Shown here piece after piece: positions 26,698 to 37,899 of a DNA stretch of 64,000 nt. The notes under the pieces are model-generated. The model saw only the letters and a list, made by a program, of their open reading frames with translations, searched no databases and was not told the DNA's origin. The DNA lies in the NCBI RefSeq assembly GCF_006345805.1, contig NW_021836130.1, positions 124,001 through 188,000 on the forward strand, written 5' to 3'. The position numbers were made by a program, and so were the translations under genes. Source of the DNA: Octopus sinensis. Its lineage: Eukaryota. Numbering within the stretch: position 1 is the first letter of the stretch; the number at the start of each line of letters is the position of its first letter.

Positions 26698-28218
26698 CAG
26701 TACCGCTCAAATGTTTCGGACCACCCTATTTTTCTCAATTTCCAAGTCAATCCTAAATTATTTTTATACGGTTCTTTAGAGAAACTTATTAGATAAGCTT
26801 AAATACATTTATTCTATTCTAAAATTTTCTTTAAATATTTTTGTTTGGCGCCAATTGAATATAATTGATTTTTGACTCGATCATATGTTCCGGACCAGTT
26901 GCAATCATATGTTTCGAACCAGTTAAATCTCTTTAAATTTAAATAATTTTTGATTCAATTAAAAACAAAAGACTAATAAATAACAAATGCCGCGTGTTTC
27001 ACTGGTTGATCGGGTCGCTATCATCACTTTTTTTAAAGATGGAGCTTCACAAAGAGAAATTGCCGAAAAATTAAAAATATCCAAAACTGCTGTTCAAAGA
27101 ACAATTTCCAGATATTCATCCGTTGGACTATATTCCGACAGACCCAAATCTGGTCGACCGAGATTGTTATCCCCAAGATCTGAACGCAAATTAGTGAGAA
27201 TTTCGAAAGCAGACCCCACAAAAACGGCAAATCAAATTAAATTTGATATGAAATTAAATTCTATTGTAAGCACAAATACAATTAAAAGATGCCTACAAAG
27301 AAATAATTTGAATGGGCGAAAGCAATGCCCAAAACCAAGTCTTTCCATATGCCATAAAAAGGCTAGAAAAAATTGGTGCATTGAGAAATTAACTTGGAGC
27401 CAAAATGATTGGGGTAAAATTATTTTTAGTGATGAATGCAAAATAAATTTGCATTCAAACACAAAAAATTATGTTAGAAGGCCACCAAACTCTAGATTTG
27501 ACTAAAAATATTGTTTAAAAACACGAAAATTTTCTCCTAGCATTATGGTCTGGGGAGCTATTGCTGCAAATGGATGGAGAAACATTGTCTTATGCATTAA
27601 AAATGTTGATTCCGCAGAGTATCAGAGAATTATAAATGTTGGACTCGAAAATTTTTATGATGAGACCATGTATCTCCAGCAAGACGGCGCTCCTTCCCAT
27701 CGGTCCATGTCGACAATGAATTTTTTTCAAAGGAAACAAATAAAAATCTTAGAAACTTGGCCGAGCCAGTCACCCGAACTGAATATTATTGAAAATATGT
27801 GGTCGGTACTAAAACAAAAACTTTATGATCTGGAACCAAAAGATCTTCCAGAGCTCTGGAATTTGACCAAAAAAATTTGGTACGAGATTGATAATTCGTA
27901 CATTGAAAAATTATACAATTCACTTCCAGAGCGAATAAATGCTGTTATAACGAACAACGGAGGAAATATTAATTATTAACTTTTTATAAGTTTAATAAAT
28001 TTTCGGTTTTTTTTAAACTGGTCCGGAACATATGATCGAGTATAAAATCGATAATTTTAAAATTGCGCCAAACATGAATATCTGTCCAAGTTTTTAAAAT
28101 AGAATAAATGTGTTTAAGCTTATCTAATAAGTTTCTCTAAAGAACCGTATAAAAATAATTTAGGATTGACTTGGAAATTGAGAAAAATAGGGTGGTCCGA
28201 AACATTTGAGCGGTACTG
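26698..28218 (+). mobile_element. Full-length Tc1-family transposon (1521 bp) with IR/DR ends; transposase 26987-27979 has one in-frame TAA
   Basis: TA TSD (empty site attgcTAgaat at about 13130); TIR CAGTACCGCTCAAATGTTTCGGACCACC; GRPR, FSDE, VWG, QQDGAP and SPELNIIE motifs. Confidence 0.97.
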
Positions 28219-30024
28219 TAGAATAATAACACTAAGCAATGGATACTGTTACGAGAAAACACCATTAATAACTGATAGTACCCCGAATCAATCAAAATAT
28301 AACATACAGTGAATATATGAATATATGTAAAGCACAAAACAAACTGGAAATTGTACAGAACCAGTGCTTACGGATTTTAATGAAACGTGATAAAATGACG
28401 ACTACTTCGGAACTGAGAAAAGTGCTATACATTAAAAAATTAATGGACCATCTTACAGAAAGACAGCACATCTTCTTAACAATGGCAAGATATACCGGAG
28501 GTCCCCTTGAAGAGGAGTATCTTGCTTATGAAAAGTGTGTTAAAAAATTTTTAAAAACCATCCCCCTTTTGGACGTTGATTAAGAATTCGAGACAAGGAA
28601 ATGATAAAAGGAGACGCACTGACACCAAGATCACTTAATTAGACAACTACTATTCCTCTTCTGTGTTCCCGGGCAATAATATACGAATCAATATTTAGTA
28701 AAATAATGGCATGAGTCACAGCATATATATTTAACAGCGTGCTTATAATGGTTCTTGTGGTGTCGAAAACTCTTAATTTTGAAAATAATTTAATGGATTG
28801 GCCACAATACAACAATCCACTCATTCCCAATGGGACCCCATTTAAGCAATAGCATTCTTTAATTTTGAAACACATTCGATCGACAGCGATCATAAATATT
28901 ACAAGGAAACGAATTAAAAAATAGGCTTAAATTGTAAAAAATAAAATTATCGCACAAGAATCAAACGTATAAGTATACTGTTCAATAATTTAAAAATAAT
29001 TAACATAAACTCGATAAAATACAATGGATTCAGGGTCAAGTAGAGATGCAAGCAATTTGAAAATTTATCTTTAGGAGCATTAAAAGATGGATTAGTTCCA
29101 ATTGTGCACAAATGAATCTTTTGAAAAATATAAAGATTTGTATCAAAAAATCGTTTATAAATATGATAAAGAAAAACGTGAAATCATTAAAAAAACACAC
29201 ATTAAAATTTTCATTCAGATTAGGAAATTAAAATCGCGAAATACCACAAAAATGATGAAATTTCAGATAACTTAATCATTAAAAGAAATTAAATCACAAA
29301 TATTCCTTCTGAATCCAATTTAATAAAAAAAATAAAGCAGAACTAAATAATAGTAACAGTACAACAAAGTAAATCAAAAGCATGTCATAATTTATTAGGT
29401 TTTCCATTAAAAATTAAAATAATTTAACAATGAAAAATAGTTTTATAAATATTATTAAAATGATGACAAGAGACAATCGTTATGTTCTGAAAAAGTAGGT
29501 CACTCGCGTATGATGAAATTTTTTTGTATAAAACATTATTTTGTCAGCCAATCATTAAAATTATTCGTTCAGTTCCATAAATATTAGTTTATTTGTTCAA
29601 ATTTCAGATTTGGCGCTTTTTGATGAACAGATAAATCGAAAAGATCTGGAGAGATTCCACTGACATTTAAATTGTGTTTTAATAAAAATAAAGTTTATTT
29701 TTTATTAATATTTGTTTAATTATCTTAATTTTTAATGAAAAACCTAATAAATTACGACACATGTGATCACGTGTATGTTTTACTTTGTTGTATTCTTTTT
29801 ATTATTGTTCTTTACTTTATTTTTAATGTAATTGGATTCAGAAGGAATATTTGTTTATGTAGTTTCTTTTAATTATTAAATTATCTGAAATTTCATCATT
29901 TTGTGATATTTTTTCATTTTATTCCATTAATCTGTCTCTTCTACATATTTTGAACTTTCTAAACACAATTATCTTTATTCATTCAATTCTCTTTTTTTTT
30001 GTTTCATATTTTCCGATTATATTA

Positions 30025-31821
30025 TGTCACAGTCCGAATAAAATACACGCCGAATAATTACATTCTTTAATTTTACTGAAATTAAAAATTTACACAACAA
30101 AATGTTTAATTATTATTAAAAATATGATTTTTAATGTAAAATTCATTAACCTTTTTTACTAATTTATATAAACAAAACCAACCACACTCAATTTACGCAG
30201 TTAACTTATACGTTTGAATATTGTTATTCCATTTTAGGTTATCCTAATAAAATTTTCATATAAAATTTATCGTTAATTTAAATAAAAAATTATTTTTATT
30301 ATGGATTTATGAAAATTAATCAATTTTATCTAATCGAGAAATATGAATTCCGTGTAACCGCTCACCGTCCTCCTTTTCGATAACATAGAGATCATTTCTT
30401 CGCTCGACAACAATATACTTATTAACATCAAGTCCATCGTACAGCGGATACTGCCGAACATTGGCATCGTTGTCCTGTCTAAAAATTAATTTGACGCTTG
30501 AGACCTTAAAAGCACAGTCGTTCCGACATTGATATTTTCTTCGTCGTATCTCCATTTTCTTTTTTCAATCATTTTTTCGCCAGCAATAATTAAGTTTTCT
30601 AATGCACTTTCTCGTGCCTCTGATAATCCAGTTGAATCATAGGCTAAAAGTTGCTCCATTCCCCCTTCATCAATCCTTCCAGGATTTTCAACACCCATGA
30701 ATATATAAAAAGGGATTTTTTTGTCGAAGAATGAATGCTGTTATTGTAATCATACACGATGTCCTTTATGCATTCGCGATATCGTCCAAAACAATTTTGA
30801 GAAGAACTTGCCGACGATATCCAGCGTTTTATGCTTTGATTAAATCTACAAATCGATTTTAAATCATTAACCTTTCGACTTGCCCTTGTACCCAAGGAGC
30901 ACGAGGCCTCCCACGTACATGTTTTATACCATATTTCGTACATAGAGCATCCATTTGCGAATTGCAAAATTCCCTTCCATTATCAGTGTGTAGAATAAGC
31001 GGAGGCCCGACATAATAAAAAATTCTTTGGAATAAATCTGCGATTTCTTCAGAAGATTTGGTCACCGACAGTTCAAGCATTACATATTTGGAAAAAGAAT
31101 CCACAATTACCAAAATCTATTTATTAACATTAAATTCATACCCAGCTAAAGCCATCATTCAACGCCGAATATCTTCTGAGGTCAATTAAATCCGCAATGT
31201 ATCTGTCCCTACATCTCCTTGCAATGATTGGCGTAATCGGAGGCTTCGTAGACAATAATTTTTTCGACTAAGAATATTTACTAAAAGGAGTTATTACCTG
31301 ACAGAAAGCACAATTCGAAATCACCTTAGAGATTTCTTCTCTATTCAATCCATAATAGAGATTTCTTAATTTCGAAAAAAGCCGGTCTCTCCCAAAGTGG
31401 TTATAGTTATGTTCCGCCTAAATTTTATTTATTAAGTTGGACCTCAACGCACTTAAGCTTTAATTCGATTTCATCTTCACAGAAAAAACGCAATTTAAGC
31501 CCATTTTTTCGAAAATATGTTTTTCCATTTTCAAAATGGAAATTCTTTCCCAATTTTGTGAGCCTGTATCGCTCATGCCGCTCGATTGACGATGTATCAA
31601 AGTTGGAGTCTTTCATTTCTTTGATTTTGTCCAGTGTTTCCTTAAATAATCTCACTACACGCATGTTTCACGCTTTTTTAAATAAAAAATAATAATGTGA
31701 TTCTACTAAAATAAATAATCAATTATTGATTTTTTTCATACTAATTTTTAGATTTCTAATTTTTTCAGCCATTTGTGACAAGTGTAGATTATTCGGCGTG
31801 TATTTTATTCGGACTGTCACA
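30025..31821 (-). mobile_element. Full-length Ginger-type DNA transposon (1797 bp), only in copy 2
   Basis: TIR TGT(C/G)ACAGTCCGAATAAAATACACGCCGAATAAT; 5-bp TSD TATTA; empty site at about 14933-14937. Confidence 0.93.
30316..31664 (-). CDS. Six-exon retroviral-type integrase/transposase (HHCC plus DD35E), about 405 aa once one missing base is restored
   Basis: GT-AG introns 31418-31442, 31268-31297, 31117-31141, 30846-30871 and 30479-30504 join H..NHFGRDR, CAFC, YIADLID, HTDNGREF and QGQVERFN. Confidence 0.88.
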
Positions 31822-31852
31822 TATTATGTTCATTATCTTTATTTTTACTAAT

Positions 31853-33153
31853 CAGGGTTGTTAAAAATCATGATTTTTTTCAAAAAAATCAAAAAAATCT
31901 GATTTTTTTGATTTAATCACGATTTTTTTGATTTAAATCAGATTTTTTTGAATTAAATGATCTTTATTTCAAAACGACCCTTTCCACCTGGCTTATCAGA
32001 GAACCTCTCTCTTTGTACATAAACACTGAAAAACGGCCACGCAGAACGATCTATCGTAGTTCCTTATGTCCACCGGGATCACTTAACTAGTTTGCATTAC
32101 GCTTTCTTTCTTTGTGGTCTTCGGGTTAATAAATAAAAAAATATTCAAAGCGAACTAAAATAAAAAACAAAAACAATGGAAATCGTTTTTATTTATTTAA
32201 AAGCTTGTAAATGGAAACAAGTTTGGCTGCTTTTTCGATCCCCAGCCTATTGCGTACATTTGAATGTAGAAATCCGAATGTTGAAAAGATTCTTTCTATT
32301 CCACCTGTCGAAGCAACTGCTCCAAGAATTTTTTTGCATAGTGAAATTACTTGTGAAGGTAACTGGTATGAATTCGACTCCCACCAAGCTATAGGTGATA
32401 CTTTACTCAATAAATTCGGAGCAAACATGTATTGTTTAAATGGATCAGCTTTTGCTCTGAAATTAATCAGAGTCGGAAGTGCATATTCATAATTTTGAGC
32501 ACAATAACTCAATGCAATGTCAATCTCAACATTTGAAAGAGATTTCCCACTACATGTCGGGTCGATCAAATTCGCAAGTAAGTGGAAAGGTGTTAATGCT
32601 TGTTTTGCTCGAATTCTCACTTTTCCTAAAATATTCGTACATCCATTGTCAATATATGTCTGTTCAAGTTCTTTCCAAATTTCTACAGCATGACTAATCG
32701 TGGTAGAATCATTCTGAATTTTATCTAAAGCGACAGCAATTGGTTTAATAAGCATCAGATATTCTTCAACGCGTCGTTTTAGGGAAATATTAGATGAAGT
32801 CGTCGTAGTTACGAAATTGATTAATGAATGGTCCTTCATCCTTGGAGGAAATTCGCTTTCAGGTCTCGGCATATTTTCAGGGATATCAATATTACTTCGA
32901 CATAATAAATGATGCTGCCTCATCCGAGATACAAGACCTTGTATGTCCTTCCCACAATTACGACATCTGGCACGGCTTCCGGTCTTTCCAGGAATAATAC
33001 GTTTATCAAAATAAGCCCACAAAGAATCACGCTTTCTTCCAGACATTTAAAAAAATTTAAATGATTTTTTTGATTTTTTGATTTTTTTTAATGATTTAAA
33101 TCATTGATTTTTATTGTTGATTAAAATCAAATGATTTAAATCTAACAACCCTG
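31853..33153 (-). mobile_element. Internally deleted hAT (1301 bp) with an open 285-aa ORF at 32189-33046, only in copy 2
   Basis: TIR CAGGGTTGTTA; 8-bp TSD TTACTAAT; BED finger (LWAYF..CRNC..H) fused to hATC (WW..ASTGGIERIFS..RNRL). Confidence 0.93.
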
Positions 33154-36100
33154 TTACTAATAGTACACGTAGTTTCAAATTTTTCTGAAACTGCTTACTT
33201 ATTTATATTCAGTTCGTCATATAATGGGTATCTACGGTTAACAGGGTTATCATCCCTATCGTGTTTCAGCAGCACTGTATCTCCTATTATATTTCCACTT
33301 ACGACGTTTTTCATTTTCTTACCAGCTTTAACAAGGTTTTCATGCACTTTTTTCTCAGTATTTTTATTGTCATTCTTAAAATAATTTGAATTTGACTCAT
33401 CACTTAGTTCTGCATTTGTTCCGTCGAACATATACAAACGGGATGGACTTTTCCAGCTCCCTTTCGAAACTGGAAAAGTCTTCAGACTTCCCCCACCCAA
33501 GCAGGAATTGGGTGGGCTCCTTCTTCAGGACTCGATACCGCCTAGACGGCTGTATCGAGTCCAAAATCCCTAAGATTTTAACGACTGATGCCTTTCCACA
33601 GGTGGGAAAGACCTCTAGCCGTGCTACCACGCCGAAGGTAATTCTACCACCGGCGCGGGCGGTCTTCCTCTGGTGTGCATTCACCTCTGGAGACGAGTTA
33701 GCAGTACCTAAACTGTTAGAGACCGTACGGCAAGCGACACGTTTAGGTTTCCCCACGGTACGCCAGCCGTCCTCACGGACTACCTTTGTAAGTTGCACAT
33801 CAGATCCTGTTCGCGATCGTTTTTCATCACTTTTTTCTCCTTTAATATTCGGATTTCTGTGCACCACAGGAAACACAACCATTCTCGCACGCTACAATCG
33901 ATTGGTCGTGGACACAATGACGAGCTTGTGTAGCCCGTTTACATCCTTCAGATACAATTTCCCCTCAATTATTGTGAAATTCTCTGCCTTTTTTTTCAGT
34001 CGATACTTCTTATGCTTGTTAAGATCGACATTCTCATTTTCAAGTATGGATCAGTCTTTCAATAGATAGGTTCTTGAATAAATCTTTTTTAACTTTCTTG
34101 TTATTTCTTCAGCTGATTTGGTTTTTGCAAATTTTACCACTGCAAATTGTCCATTTTCCAGTTTCAGTTTGTTACGAGTCTTTATAAGGGCGTTTACTTC
34201 GTGGCTTTAACTTTGGGAGAAATTTGGTATAATTCCTTGTGGAATGAATTTTTTGGAGGTCAAGATGATAAGTGCATTGAGATAATTGACTGCTGCGTCA
34301 GTCGAACGAAAGTTGATAATGTCGAAATCATTCAATGATTTTTCTAGAGCGAGACTGTAGTCGTCCCAGAAAGCTCTTTTGTAATTCGTATAACAACGCC
34401 GTTGAATGTCGATGTTGGGCTTTAGGACATTCTCAATAATAATCGGGTTGTGATCAAATTAGGTCTTAAATGACCTTCCAAGAAGTAACAGGGGCCAGAA
34501 TTGGAGTACACAGCGAGATGTCAGGAGAAGAAATTGCGTAGCCTTTTCTTGACGGTGTTCTGGTGTGTGATGAGGGATTGTTGAGGATAACTAAATTATT
34601 AAATTGGTCTAATAGTAGAGATCCTCTTGAATTAAGAGATTGATTTTTTACCATATCGGGATCTTTGCGCTCATATCACCACAAATAATGCACCAACAAT
34701 CAGTCCAAATTTGTAAAAGGAGTCGATTATAAAAACCAACTATGACTTATTCAAAAAAAGATTCATCCACAATTGCCGTCAAGATTTAAATATCTCCTTA
34801 GATCCACTAAATCTGCAATATACCGATCTCTAGGTTTTCTTGCAATTTTGGGGTGATAGTTGGTTTTGTTGCCATGAAATTTTTCGATCAACACTGATTA
34901 AGAACATTACTTGGCAATAGACACATTTTGCTATCACACTACAAATTTCTTCTCTTGAATATATTTGGTCTCTTAGTAACGAGAGCATTCTGTCTCTACC
35001 AAATCAAAAACAACGTTCCAGATTTCTTTGTTCTACTTTTCGCTATTTATGAGTCTTGAAACCTTCTATTGATCTATAAAAACCCGACCTCGTTGAAGAA
35101 CGAGTCAGTCTCCTTTCCCGCGGCTCCAGAGCGATTGGCGTAATACGCAAACAGTCCGCGGGGGAAGAATACTTTTGTAGTTTCATCCTTTCGGCGTGGT
35201 TTGCAGCCGAACAAGGATTCGCAGCGGAGGAATCGATTCTCGACCTTGAGAAGGCATTCACAACGGTAACATTTCATACGAGGGCTTTCCCGAACGAGTA
35301 CGGGAATATTGTCAAATTACTAATCTGTTTATAAACACAATTATTTATTGAAAAAATCGAATAAAGTTATTTGTATAGTTTTTTAATTAATTTTTGTAAA
35401 TCATTTGAAATGTTTTTCAAATTTTTTTACAGTATTTTGTTATATTTTGAGAAAAGCAATTCGAACAAGAACTTAATTTATGACAATTTGAATTCCATCA
35501 AATAAAGTGATTGGGCTAATATCGTAGCTCTCATCGATTTGGCCATCTTCTGCATTAAGCATGATATCTTCAACAGTATATTCTTCTTGAAACAGTGCAA
35601 TAATTTTATTGTCATCAATGACTTTTTGTATTTGAAGCATATCTTCTTCAATCATAATTTGGTCTAGCTCATTATTGTTTGATTCAATAATTTGATATGG
35701 GGACAACTCTTCTTCAGCATAAGACTCATAAATACCTTGAATGATTCCAACTTTTTTGAAACAATTACTAATAGTTTCTTGTTTCACACTTGCCCAAGCT
35801 TCGTGAAGTAACAACATAGTGTGTCTAAGATTAACAAAAAAATCTAGTGATTGATCAAGCGAGTTCATATAATCAACCACTAACTTTTTTTTCTGTAATG
35901 ATGCTTTAGATTTTTTATTATTCCTGCATCCATTGGTTAAAGATGAGCAGTTGAGTTCTTTGGAAGCCTTATAACTTGAATGTTTCCAGCTCTCCCTCGA
36001 AGCTTGAAAAGTCCTCATACTTCCCCTCTCAAACAGGAATTGGGTGGGCTCACTCTTCAGGACTCGATACCGCTTAGATAATTGCATCGAGTCCAGAATA

Positions 36101-37321
36101 CATAAAATTTTTATTACTGAGGTCTTTTCACAGTTGGGAAAATCACGATCTTACTTTTCAATAAACAAAAATTGTGTTTCACTTGAATGTCAATCACAAT
36201 TGAAGTGTTCACCCAGAATTTCACTTCAGCGTCGTAAATATCGATCGAACTGAATTTGTGTTGATAAATTTAGATTTTTCAATGCCACACATTGTTCATA
36301 TGTACAGATATATGCATCCTACAACTTCGTTATGTTTTCTCATGTAGTAACTGTTCAACATTCTGACCAATTAATCAACGGATTTCTTGGCTTTTTTACA
36401 GTAATTACATGTTGATTCTTTTGGATCAAAAAATTAATTTCTATCCTAAACACTATATATAGCTTTGTATTTAGGCTGCTATTTCTCGTGGGAAGCTATT
36501 GAGAAGATTCAACATCTTCATTCTCCTTACTGTTAAAAAAACAGAATACTGATTTGGAATGAGTTTTGTTTGCTTCTGTAATAAAGTAAGTAATGTTTTG
36601 AATAATCTTCATGCAAACTTTGATGAATTTTTATAGATTAGAAAAGAAATTCTCAACCTTCAAGAATTAAATCAATAATTAAGAGTTTCTTTGTGGCTCC
36701 GACAAAAAATATTTTTACAAGCTTTCTACACGCACCGGAGGCACGGGTATCAGGTCGGCGCTGGATTTCGCACTTCCGGCATATCTGTTATCGCTTTTAA
36801 GCTGCAGTCATCTCGTCCAGAAAGTCCAAACTCACACTACTATCCTTGGACACAGTATTTGACGAGGCTTGCTTGCAGTAGAAGGAAGCTGAACTTTCGA
36901 TCCAGGATGATGTCTCGAGACAGAATTGTTGGGACGCAATATTGTGCAAAGCTATTGTTGATGACCTAAAGCGGGGGTTGAACCAACACTGTTTTGTCTG
37001 TTTGCTTTCTGGGCCACAACACGGGAAGGGTGCATGGCTCCACGCATTTCCATACAGTTCATTCGGTACTTTTATGGACGACGATTGTGAGATAATTGGT
37101 GTTCAGGAGATCGGGTCCCGCATGTCTGCTATCACAGGCGACGCCCGCGAATCAAAATGGTTTTTCGAGCGGATATTCCTCGCGATAGTACGCTCTAATT
37201 CTTTCTCGATCGCGTCGGCTTCCCGCCCATTAAGCTTTTATTAATTAACTTGTAGTTATTTACTTTGTTGCTTGTGGTTCATTGATTTCTAAAAAAAATT
37301 TTCAAATTTATAAAATAAAAA

Positions 37322-37465
37322 TGTACCGAAGTACACGAAAAAAATACGCCGTAGGACAGCCCGTATGGAACCGACCACACTCGAAGGCGACCCAAAGTGC
37401 AATGGATGGCCAGCGGATGGCACATTTGCCTAATTGATAACAAACATGCACGACCAGGTAAGTAC
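37322..37465 (-). ncRNA. U1: U1 snRNA, second copy
   Basis: Appears identical to 19144-19287, inside duplication copy 2. Confidence 0.92.
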
Positions 37466-37899
37466 TTAGCATATGCACACATTAGGAAATAGATACAACT
37501 AAATTATTAAAATGTATGGATTTTTAATTAGCTTTGAGGTATATACATTTAAATAGATTATCCAATTTTTTATTGAGTTTTAACATAAATGACAAATTAA
37601 GTAATTACAAATTTATTAAATTTATAAAAAGGTGATTTTTAAACACTACTTGTGATCGCTTAAATGTTTATATTCTCCATTCGACTGTATTTATGACTGT
37701 GTTTATGACATTTACATTAGTTATGACATTTACATTAGTTAACCATTATTTATTAATTTTTTAATAACCTCCGTATCAACGTGCTTTTAGGTAAGTTAGT
37801 TCTTATAAAGATTTTTTTTGTCATTTGGATTTATATGCAATGATAAAAATAAACTAACCTCAATGTTTAATTTGCATGGTCTTCTTGGCAAATAATTTT

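Noticed and set aside
27503-27505. In-frame TAA in the Tc1 as a sign of a variant genetic code
   Set aside because: TAA terminates ACY1, the Ginger integrase and the Tc1 ORF itself; a point mutation or error is simpler
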